Assembly: GCF_036365525.1 (NCBI RefSeq)
Contig: NW_027140453.1
Coordinates: 1,426,001-1,490,000, forward strand
Direction of reading: 5' to 3'
DNA from: Heterodontus francisci
Lineage: Eukaryota
Length of the DNA stretch: 64,000 nucleotides
Below, in pieces: positions 23,119-35,100 of this stretch. The notes under the pieces were generated by a model. That model made no database searches. It was not told the DNA's origin and saw nothing but the letters and a program-made list of their open reading frames with translations. Made by a program: the position numbers and the translations under genes. The stretch's first letter is position 1. Each line of letters opens with the position of its first letter.

Positions 23119-26100
23119 ATGTGGACTCTGCTGATCATTCTGGGTTACCTGAGTGAGTAACTTTCATTCTCGACAAAGTTCACCCCCAGTACAACTAGAA
23201 CAAGCTGTGTTTATTCAAACCGTTACATAGAATAATCTCCCAAGATGTTGCACAGAAATCTGATTGAAGAAATGTCTGACACACGGCAGGGAAGGAGATG
23301 ATTGGAGGGCTGACTGTTAGTTTAAAAGAGCAGACGGAGGTGGAGAGGCAGAAAGGTTTAGGAGGCCAGACATCTTGAAGCCACATCAGACACTGCTGGA
23401 GGAAAGGGAGTGGAGGGAAGTTCTACAGGAGGCTTGGGTCAGAGAAACAGAGATTTGGTGAAGATTACAGAAATGAGGTGGGAGAGGGCGGGAGAGGTCA
23501 TGAAAGAATTTGAACAGGAAGATGGAAGTTGTACATCAAAGGCGTTTGCAGCTGTGAACCAATGTGGGTCAGAGAGCACAGGGGTGATGTGTGACTTAAA
23601 CTTTCTGCAAGATAACATACAACAGCAGTGTGTTGGAGGAGACCTGACTTCTGGAAAGTGGAAGCTGGGAGGCTGGCCAGGAGTGGATTAGATGATTTGA
23701 TTCTCTAGAAGGTAGAGGGTTTTTGGTAGAGGATTGGCTGAGGCAAAATCAGTGATGGTGGATATTACGGAGGTTGTAATTGGATGCCCTTGTGATGAGG
23801 AGGCTACAGGGAAAGAAGCTGGGCACAGTCGGAAGCTGATGAGAAATTGGAGAGGGACAAGATAGATTCTCGGGGTACCCTAGAGGTAACAGTGCTGGAG
23901 TGGGTAGGGAAGACACTGCAGGAGACTCTCTGGCTGAGACTAGACTGGGTTGAGTGGAAATAGGCCAGAGCAGTTCCACCCAGCTGGACATGGAAGGAGA
24001 GGTGTTGGCAGAGGGTAATGTGGTGAATTGTGTCAAAGACTGCCGACAATTCGAGAAGGATGATCAGAAACAGTATTCCTGACTTGGCTCTTGCAGCTTC
24101 ACTGCTGCTCAAACCCTTTACCAGTTCTTTGGTACCTCTAGACTTGACTATTCCAAAGATCTCCTGGCTGATCTCTCACATTCCACCTTCTGTACATTTT
24201 GGTCATCCAGTATGATACTGCCCAAGTCCCGTTCACCTTTCATCTCTGTGCTCACTGACCTACACTGGCTCCCGGTTCAGCAAGGCCTGGATTTCAATAT
24301 TCTCACAATCGTTTCCAGATCCTTCTATCACCTCGCCGTTCCCTACCTCTGAAATCATCTCCAGCCCCACAACCCTCGGAGATCTCTGCGCTCCTCTAAT
24401 TCAGGCCTCTTGAATATTCCCGATTCGAATCCCTTCCACCATTGGCAGCTGTGCCTTCACCTGCCGAGGCTTAACGCAAGGGAATTCTCTCCCTCAACTT
24501 CTCCGTCTCTCCACCTCTCTTTCATCCTTTCAGACACTCCTTAAAACCTACCTCTTTGACATAGCATTTGGCCACCTGCCCGACCAGCTGCTTCTGTGGA
24601 TCGGTGTCAGTTCGGGATGGTAACACACCGATGAAGTGCTTTGGGACATTTTATTACATCAAAGGCAGTACATAAATGCAGGTTGTTGTTGGTTTTGAGA
24701 CTACACGTTCCCTCTCCAGGACCCACCAGTCACACTGGGTCGCTTGTGCTCCACCTGGCAGTTCTCGCTCCTCCTCCACTTTACACCTTTCCAACTGGGA
24801 TGAAGTGAAGCTGAGATATTTACTGCTTTCTGTTACCTGAGAGCTGGTGGTTAATCTAGAATCGGGAGGACTGTCTGTGAGCAGTGAGTTGGAGGGGGAG
24901 GCTGAGCTGGGAGACAGATGGAAACCCAGTTTAGAGAAGGAGGACATTTTCCATCTTTAATCTGTGGGGCTTTGCCCAGGGCGGAGGGTGAAACTGAGAT
25001 TATTGGTATTTCGGGAGGGTACAAGGCGCTGTGTAACATTAACTGTACTTTATATTAACATTAAACATCTTTCTGTCACTCAGTCACAGACTCCACACTC
25101 ACTGACCCGTGTGTAAATCACACAGTCCTGGACCAGCCCTGGAGGAGCATCGATTGTAATGTCACTGTGGGCTCCGGTCAGGAGAAGTGTGATGATAATC
25201 TTGCTCAAGGATGGTACAGATTTAAAAGGTAATGTAAAGGAACAAATTCTGGGTAAATCAGTTAATGAGGGAGGAGTAAGGGATTTCCCCCAGTTTCTGG
25301 TACTATCTGCTGTTACCAGTCTCTCTAACAGTTAATATTTACCATCAGTTCAGGGACTGACTCTGTGATTATTGTTTCAGTTCTGGTGGATGGAAGATTC
25401 CGGACACTGTTGTCCCAGATTTTCACTGCTCCACACGTGCCACAGGCTGGTTACAGGGTAATTTCCGTCTTTAAAATATCAGATTTACATTCACTGTCCA
25501 GCACTGTTCACGTGGGTTACTTTCTTCAATATTCATAAACTCTCATTTCAGGTTCCCATCCCAGTGTGGGACAGGGGGAAGTAACGAGGACAGTTTGTTT
25601 TAACAAGGCTGGAAATCGCTGTCACTGGACCCAGGAAATAAAGATCAAAAACTGCAGCAGTCATTTTGTTTATGAGTTGAAGCCTCCACCCGACTGTAAC
25701 GCTGCTTATTGTACAGGTAGATTGCTGTTTGTATATGGTGCAGATGGGTGATTCTGGGATGTCCCGTGTCTCCCATAGAAATGAGACAGTTTACTCACTG
25801 CCCTCCTTTTTGTAAGGGACACAGTGAATATAGGATCTGTAAAACAGAGTGAACTCTTCACTAAAACTCTAGGGAACTGAACCAGACGCTCGCTGTCTGG
25901 AGAGAGGGCTGGCATGTCTGGGTAGTATTCTGTCAGGTCTGCAATTGAGGAGATTCAGGTTTTCTGGTGAGTGTCAGACACAGCAGCAGGATCCTGACAG
26001 ACTCTATGTGAAGGGCAGTCACTCTCACCTCACCTCTTGAGTTCAGCTCTTTTGTCCATGTTTGAACCACACTGTAATGAGGTCAGGAGCTGAGTGACCC

Positions 26101-29100
26101 TGGCGGAACCCAAACTGACCATCACTGAACAGGTAATTGCTGAGCAAGTGCCGCTTGATAGCACTGTCAACGACACCTTCCATCATTTTACTGATGATAG
26201 AGAGTAGACTGATGGGACGGTAATTGGGTGGCTTGAACTTGCCCTGCTTTGACTTGTCCTGCTTTTTATGCACAGGACATGCCTGGGCAGTTTTCCACAT
26301 TGCAGGGTAGATGCCAGTGTTGTAGCTGCACTGGAACAGCTTGGCTAAGGATGCAACAAGTTCTGGAGCACAGGTCTTCAGTACTACTTCCGGGATATTG
26401 TCAGGGCCCATAGCCTTTGCAGTATCCAGTGCCTTCAGTCATTTCTTGATATCAAGCGTAGTGAATCGAATTGACTGAAGACTGACATCTGTGATGCTGG
26501 GGATTGCAGGAGAAGGCCGAGATGGATCATCAACTCAGCACTTCTGGCTGAAGATTTTTGCAAATGCTTCAGCCTTATCTTTTGCACTGATGTGCTGGGC
26601 TCCCTGATCATTGAGGATGGGGATATTTGTGGGGCCACCTCCTCCAGTTAGTTGTTTAATTGTCTACTGCCATTCACGACTGGATGTGGCAGGACAAGAA
26701 ATACTGGAATCACTCAGCGGGTCTGGCAGCATCTGTGGAAAGAGAAGCAAAGTTAACGTTTCGGGTCAGCGACCCTTCTTCGGAACTCATTTGATCCGTT
26801 GGTTATGGGATCGCTTAGCTCTGTCCATCGCATGCTAATTATGCTGTTTGGCATGCAGATAGTCCTGTGTTGTAGCTTCACCAGGCTGACACCTCATTTT
26901 GAGGTATGCCTTGTGCTGCACTTTGCATGCCCTCCTGCACTCTTCATGGAACCAGGTTTGGTCTCCTGGCTTGATGGTCATGATCGAGTGGGGGATATAC
27001 CGGACCATGAGGTTACAGATTGTAGTTGAGTACATTCTGCTGCTGCTGTTGTTCCCACAGCACCTCATGGATGCCCATTGTTGTATTGCTAGACTTGTTT
27101 GAATCTATCCCATTTAGCATGGTGATAGTGCCACACAACACGATGGACGGTATCCTCAATGTGAAGGTGGGACTTTGGCTCCACAAGGACTGTGCGGTGG
27201 TCACTCCCACCAAGACTGTCATGGACAGATGGATATGTGGCAGGCAGATTGGTGAGGATGAAGTCAAGTATATTTTCTCCTCTTGTTGGTTCTGTCATCA
27301 CCTACCGCAGTCCCAGACTAGCAGCTTTGTCTTTTAGGACACGGCTAGCTCGGTAAGGAGTGGGCTGCAGTGACTGAGAGGAGTGGTCTGCAGAGACTGA
27401 GGGGAGTGGGATGTAGTGACTGAGCGAATGAGATGCGGTGACTAGGTGGAGTAGGATACAGTGAATGTGGGGAGTGGGATGTAGTGACTGAGGGGAGTGG
27501 GGTGGAGTGACAGGGGAGTGGGAGGTAGTGACTGAGGGGTGTGGGATGCAGTGATTGAGCGGAGTGGGAAGTAGCGACTGAGGGGAGTGGGATACAGAGA
27601 CTGAGGGGAGTGGGATACAGTGACTGAGCGAATGAGATGCGGTGACTAGGTGGAGTAGGATACAGTGAATGTGGGGAGTGGGATGTAGTGACTGAGGGGA
27701 GTGGGATGTAGTGACTGAGGAGAGTGGGGTGTAGTGACAGGGGTGTGGGAAGTAGCGACTGAGGGGAGTGGGATGTAGTGACTGAAGGGAGTGGGGTATA
27801 GTGACTGAGGAGAGTGGGGTGTAGTGACTGAGGAGAGTGGGGTGTAGTGACAGGGGTGTGGGAAGTAGCGACTGAGGGGAGTGGGATACAGAGACTGAGG
27901 GGAGTGGGATACTGTGACTGACGGGAGTGGGATGTAGTGACTAAGGGGAGTGGGATGCTGTAATTGAGGGAAGTGGGATGTAGTGACTACTGAGTGTGAT
28001 GTGGTAACTGAGGGGAGTAGGATGTAGAGAAGCGGGGAGTGAGGTGCAGTGACTGAAGGGAATGGTATAGAGTGATTCGGTGGAGTGGGTACAGTGACAT
28101 AGAGAAGTGGGATGCAGTGATTGAGGGGAGTGGGATGCAGTAATTGAGGGGAGTGGGATGCAGCGACTAAGGGGAGAGGGATGCAGTGACTGAGGGCAGT
28201 GAGATGTAGTGACTGAGGGGAGTGGGATGTAGTGACTGTGGGGAGTGGGATGTAGCGACTGATGGGAGTGGGTGCACTGACTGAGGGGAGTGGGTGCAGT
28301 GAGTGAGGGGAGTGGGATGCTGTAATTGAGGGAAGTGGGTGTAGTGACTGAGGGGAGTGGCATGCAGTGACTCAGGGGAGTGTGATTCAGTGACTGTGGG
28401 GATTGGGATACAGTGACTGTGGGGAGTGGGATACAGTGACTGAGGAGAGTGTGATACGGTAACTGAGGGGAGTGTGATCCCTTCCATTTATCATCACATC
28501 CTCCCCGGTTTCACTTGTCACTAGAACTTTTCCCAGTTCTGATGTAAGGTCACATATTAACATTAAACATCTTTCTGTCACTCAGTCACAGACTCTGCAC
28601 TCACTGACCCGTGTGTAAATCACACAGTCCTGGACCAGCCCTGGAGGAGCAGCGATTGTGATGTCACTGGGTGCTCCGGTCAGGAGAAGTGTGATGATAA
28701 TCTTGCTCAAGGATGGTACAGATTTAAAAGGTAATGTAAAGGAACAAATTCTGGGTAATCTAGTCAATATGGGCAGAGTAAGGGATTTCCCCCAGTTTCT
28801 GGTACTATCTGCTGGTACCAGTCTCTCTAACAGTTAATATTTGCCATCAGTTCAGGGACTGACTCTGTGATTTTTGTTTCAGTTCTGGTGGATGGAAGAT
28901 TCCGGAGACTGCTGTCCCAGATTTTCACTGCTCCACACATGTTACAGGCTGGTTAAATGGTAATTTCAGCCTTGAGAATATCAGATTTACATTCACTGTC
29001 CAGCACTGTTCACATGGGTTACAGTCTTCAATATTTATAAACTCTCATTTCAGGTTCCCATCCCAGCGTGGGACAGGGGGAAGTAACACGGACAGTTTGT

Positions 29101-32100
29101 TTATCCTGGGGTAGAAAACACTGCGACAAGGTCCATGAGATAAAGATCAAAAACTGCAGCAGTTACTTCGTTTATGAGTTGAAGTCCCTGTTTTATTGCG
29201 CTGTGTATTGTACAGGTACATTCATGCTTCTATATCATTCAGAGGCTGATTCTGGGATGTCCCGTGTCACCCACAGAAATGAGACGGTTTACGCACTCCC
29301 CTCCTTATTGTAAGGGACACAGTGAATAAAGGATCTGAAACACAAAGTGTACTTCACTGAAACTCTAGGGAACTGAACCAGACTCTGCTGTCTCTGTCTA
29401 TCAGGCACTCTGATCCCTGCAGTGTTCATGGCTCACGTCAGGTCCCCACTGCAGTGCTGGGCACCTCACACTCCCTCTCCAGGAAACAATGTTGACGAGG
29501 AGTTGGATAGGATCTTCGAGGGTTTGATAAAGATGAAAATCTGACACTGTCTGGACTAGAGAACTAAATAAACGAGCTCTTCGGGTTTTCTCCACTCTGC
29601 CCTCTTCGTTTATTACAGATCCAGAGACTGTCGCAACTGAGGAACCCGAGGAACAAACAACTCGAGAATCCACTGGGGGATCATCGTCTACCCCAGCGGT
29701 GTCTGGAACATCAGGTATCCCCCTTGTGGGGTGCATTCGAAACAGATTCCACACCCAATGTTGCACCATAGAAGATCAGTCCTCGAGATCATCCAGTCTC
29801 TTACTGAGGGAAGTGGGATGGAGTGACTGCGGGAAGTGGAAGGGAGTGAATGAGGGAAGTTGGATGGAGTGACTGAGGGGAGTGGGATGGGGTGACTGAA
29901 GGAAGTGGGATGGAGTGACTGAGGTGAGTGGGATGGGGTGACTGAGGGGAGAGGGATGTGGTGACTGAGGGGACTGGGATGGAGTGACTAAGGAGAGTGG
30001 GATGATGTAATTGAGGGGAGTGGAATACATAGACTGAGGGGAGTGGGAAGTAGTGACTGAGGGGAGTGGGATGTAGTGACTGAGAGGAGTGGGATGCAGT
30101 AATTGAGGGGAGTGGGATGTAGTGACGGAAGGGAGTGGGATGCAGAGGCTGAGGGGATTGGGATGCAGTGACTGGGGAGTGGAATGCACTGATTGAGGGG
30201 TGTGGGATGCAGTGACTGAGGGGAGTGGGATGCAGTGACTGAGGGGAGTGGGATGCACTGATTGAGGGGAGTGGGATGCAGTGACTGAGAGGAGTGGGAT
30301 GCAGTGGCTGAGGGGAGTGGGATGGGGTGACTGAGGAGAGTGGGATGTGGTGATTGAGGGGAGTGGGATGCAGTGACTGAGGGGAGTGGGATGCAGTGAC
30401 TGAGGGGAGTGGGATGATGTAATTGAGCGGAGTGGGATGCAGTAATTGAGGGAAGTGGGATGTAGAGACTGAGTGGAGTGAAATGCACTGATTGAGGGGT
30501 GTGGGATGCACCGATTGAGGGGAGTGGGATGCAGTGACTGAGAGGAGTGGGATGCAGTGGCTGAGGGGAGCGGGTTGCAGTGACTGAGAGGAGTGGGATG
30601 CACTAATTGAGGGGAGAGGGATGCAGTGTCTGAGAGGAGTAGGATGCAGTGGCTGAGGGGTGTGGGTTGCAGTGACTGAGGGGAGTGGGATGTGGTGACT
30701 GAGGGGAGTGGGATGTGGTGACTGAGGAGAGTGGGATGCAGTGACTGAGAGGAATGGGATGGAGGGACTGAGGGGAGTGGCATGATGTAATTGAGGGGAG
30801 TGGGATGCAGTGATTGAGGGGAGTGGGATGATGTAATTGAGTGGTGTGGGATGTCGTGACATGGGCAGTGCGATGCATGGACTGAGTGGAGTGGGATGCA
30901 GTGACTGAGGGAAGTGGGATGCAGTGACTGAGGGGTGTGGGATTTAGAGACTTAGGGGAGTGGGATGTCGAGACTGTGGGGAGTTGAATGTGGTGACTGA
31001 GGGGAGTGGGATGGGGTGACTGAGGGGAGTGGGATGTAGAGTCTGAGGGGAGTGGGATGTAGTGACTGAGGGGAGTGGGATGCAGTGACTGAGGGGAGTG
31101 GGATGATGTAATTAAGGGGAGTGGGATTAAGTGACTGAGGGGAGTGGGATGCATTGACTAAGGGGACTGGGAAGTAATGATTGAGGGCAGTGGGAAGAAG
31201 TGATTAGGGGAGTGGCATGTAGTGGGTGAAGGGAGTGGGAAGTAGTGAGTGAGGGGAGTGGCATGTAGTGAGTGAGGGGAGTGGGATGTAGAGACTGAGA
31301 GGAGTGGGATGCAGTGACTGAGGGGTGTGGGATGTAATGACTGAGGGGAGTGCGATGTAGAGACTGAGGGGAGTGGGATGTACTGGCTGAGGGGAGTGGG
31401 ATGTAGTGACTGAGGGGAGTGGGATGCAGTGACTGAGGGGAGTGGGATGTAATGACTGAGGGGAGTGCGATGTTGAGACTGAGGGGAGTGGGATGTAGAA
31501 ACTGAGGGGAGTGCGATGTAGAGACTGAGGGGAGTGGGATGTAGTGGCTGAGGGGAGTTGGATGCCGTGACTGAGGGGAGTGGGATGGAGAGACTGAGAG
31601 GATTGGGATGTAGTGAATGAGGGGATTTGGATGCCGTGAATGAGGGGAATGGGATGTAGAGAATGAAGGGAGTGCGATGTAGAGACTGAGGGGAGTTGGA
31701 TGCCGTGACCGAGGGGAGTGAGATGTAGAGACTGAGAGGAGTGGGATGAGGTGACTGAGGGGAGTGGGATACAGCGTCTGAGGGTAGTATGATACAGTGA
31801 CTGAGGGGTGTGATACGGTCACTCAGGGAGTGTGATACAGTGACTGAGGGGAGTGTGATACATTGTCTGAGGGTAGTATGATGCAGTCACTGAGGGGTGT
31901 GTGATACAGTCACTCAGGGAGTGTGATACAGTGACTGAGGGGAGTGTGATACAGTGTCTGAGGGTAGTATGATGCAGTCACTGAGGGGAGTGTGATGCAG
32001 CGACTGAGGGTAGTGTGATACAGTGTCTGAGGGGGATGTGATACAGTGACAGAGGGTAGTGTGATACAGTGACTCAGGGAGTGTGATACAGTGACTGAGG

Positions 32101-35100
32101 GGAGTGTGATACAGTTACGGAGGGGAGTGTGATGCACTGACTGAGGTGAGTGGGACACAGTGACTGAAGGGAGTGTGATACAGTGACTGAGGGTAGTTTG
32201 ATACAGTCACTGAGGGGAGTGTGATACAGTGTCTGAGGGGGATGTGATACAGTGACTGAGCGTAGTGTGATACAGAGTCTGAGGGGGATGTGATACAGTG
32301 ACTGAGCGTAGTGTGATACAGAGTCTGAGGGGGATTGTGATACAGTGACTGAGGGTAGTGTGATACAGTGACTGAGGGGGATGTGATACAGTGACTGAGC
32401 GTAGTGTGATACAGAGTCTGAGGGGGATGTGATACAGTGACTGAGGGTAGTGTGATACAATGACAGAGGAAGTGTGATACAGTGACAGAGGGGAGTGTGA
32501 TGCAGTGTGTGAGGGGAGTGTGATGCAGTGACTGAGGGGAGCATGATACAGTGACTGAGGGGTGTGTGATACAGTCACTCAGGGAGTGTGATACAGTGAC
32601 TGAGGGGAGTGTGATACAGTTACGGAGGGGAGTGTGATACACTGACTGAGGGGAGTGGGATACAGTGACTGAAGGGAGTGTGATACAGTGACTGAGGGGT
32701 GTGGGATGCAGTGACTGAGGGGAGTAGGATACAGTCTGTGAGGGGAGTGGGATGCAGCGACTGAGGGTAGTGTGATATAGTGAGTGAGGGGAGTGCGATA
32801 CAGTGTCTGAGGGGAGTGTGATACACTGACTGAGGGGAGCGGGATACAGTGACTGAAGGGAGTGTGATACAGTGACTGAGGGGACTGCGATACAGTGTCT
32901 GAGGGGAGTGTGAGACACTGTCTGAGGGGAGTGGGATACAGTGACTGAGGGGAGTGTGATACACTGTCTGAGGGGAGTGTGAGACACTGTCTGAGGGGAG
33001 TGGGATACGGTGAACTGAAGGGTGTGTGATACAGTGACTGGGGGAGTGTGATACAGTGACTGAGTAGAGTGTGATACACTGTCTGAGGGGAGTGGAATGC
33101 AGTGACTGAAGGGAATATAATGCAGTGACTGAGGGGATTGTGATACAGTGAGCTGAAGGGAGTGCGATGCAGCGACTGAGGAGAGTGTGATACAGCGACT
33201 GACGGGAGTGGGATACAGCGACTGAGGGGAGTGTGATACAGTGACTGAGGGGAATGTGATAAAGTGACTGAGGTGAGTGTAATGCAGTGACTGAGGGGAC
33301 TGTGATAGAGACTGAGGGCAGCATGATGCTCAAACTCAGGAATCCGAGGAACAATTGACTAGAGAATCTACTGAGGTTTCATCCACTACCCACCGGGCTC
33401 TCGAAGCTGAGGTATCTGCTTTGTGGGGTTATCATCGCAGAATCATGGAATCAAAGACTGGTTACGGCACAGAAAGTTTCTGTTCAGCCCATCTACACCG
33501 TGCCAGCTCTCTGGCAGTGCAACTCACCTACTCCCACTCCTGCCATTTTCCTGTCACGCTGCAGATTGTTTCTGCCATGACAATTATCCAATTCCCTTTT
33601 GAAAGCCTCAATTAAACCTGCCTCCAGCACACTCTCATGCAGTGCATTTCAGATCCTAACTACTCACTGTGTGAAAAGGTTTCCCTGTCTCTGTTGTGAC
33701 TTTTACCACTCACCTAAACCCGTTGCTCTCTAGTTCTGAAACAAAAACAAGAAATGCTGGATTCACTCAGCAGGTCTGGCAGCATCTGTGGAAAGAGAAG
33801 CAGAGTTAACGTTTCGGGTCAGTGACCCTTCTTCGGAACTGTCTAGTTCTGGATCCTCCCACCAAGAGGAACAGTTTTTCCCTGACTACTCTGTCCAGTT
33901 CCCTCTTGATTATGAACATCTTGCTCAAATCTCCTCTTAATCTTCTCTTCTCCACGGAGAACAGCCCCAGCTTCTCCGATCTATTCATGTCACTGACGTC
34001 CCTCATCCCGGGAACCATTCTGGTAAATCTTCTCTGCACCCTCTCAAATACCTTAACATACTTCCTAAGTATTGACCACTCTCTCGACCTGTCTTGCCAC
34101 CTTCAATGATTTGTGCACATGTTCCCCCCAGGTCCCTCTGCCCCTGCATCTCCTTTAGAATTGTATCCTTTATTTTATATTGCCTCTCGTTCGTCCGACC
34201 AAAATGAATCACTTCACAATTCTCTGTGATAAATTTCATTTGCCAGTGTCTGCCCATCCCACCAGCCTGTCTATGACCTCCTGACGTCTATCACTGTCCT
34301 CCTCACAGTTCACAATACAACCAGGTTTTGTGTCATCTGCAGAATTTGAAATTGTGCCCTGTACGCCCCAGTCTATGTCATTAATATACATCAGGAAAAA
34401 CAGTGGTCTGAGCAATATTAGAGAGCAAAGCACAGATGCACAGAGAATTAGGAGGGACAGATAACACTGGAGTCGTTAAGAGTATCGTATTAGACGGGGG
34501 CAGTGGAAGAGGAAAGGAGATAAGCTGTCAATTCAGTTTAATGTGTGTGTATATGGATGCACGGAGAGTGGTAAATAAGGTTGTTGAGCTTCAGGCACAG
34601 ATAGCCACGTGGAAATATGATGTTGTGGCAATTACAGGGTCCTGGCTCGAAGATGGGCAGGACTGGGTAGTGAATATTCCTGACGACAAGGTGTTCAGGA
34701 AAGAGAGGGGAGGAAGGAAAGGAGAAGGGGTATCAGTATTGATTAAGGGGAACATTACAGTGCTGTTTTCTTTTCTCTCTCTTGTTCTCACTCATTCCAG
34801 ATCTCCCTCACTCTTTTCTGTCTCACTCCTGTCGCCTACCCTCCTTTTCTCTCATTCCTGCTCTCTGTTGTTCTCTGACTCCACTTTCCCCCTGTCGTTT
34901 CGCTGATCACTTTGATAATCTCCTGAATTTTCTCTGTTAGTTTTTTTTCCTTGTCGGAGTAGTAACTGATTCTGCAGCCGATGATGTCTGGTGTCTCCCC
35001 TCGGTAAAGGCTGGTATACATTGATTCAGTGTGTAGAGGGAGTTAGATTACATACGAGAGGAGGTTCTGTGTTAAAATGCTTCTGTCCACTCATCCAGCG

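Larger units (their letters stand above)
17809..34440. repeat. Large segmental duplication, unit A (matches 46403..64000)
   Basis: Collinear anchors 17809/46403, 23119/52659, 25084/54621, 29054/58592, ~34440/64000. Confidence 0.95.

Noticed and set aside
29776-33354. Long His/Pro/Ser-rich minus-strand ORFs (up to 395 aa; also 59226-63030, 27941-28487)
   Set aside because: Open in several frames because the C-rich strand of the 23-bp satellite rarely contains stops; no gene structure.
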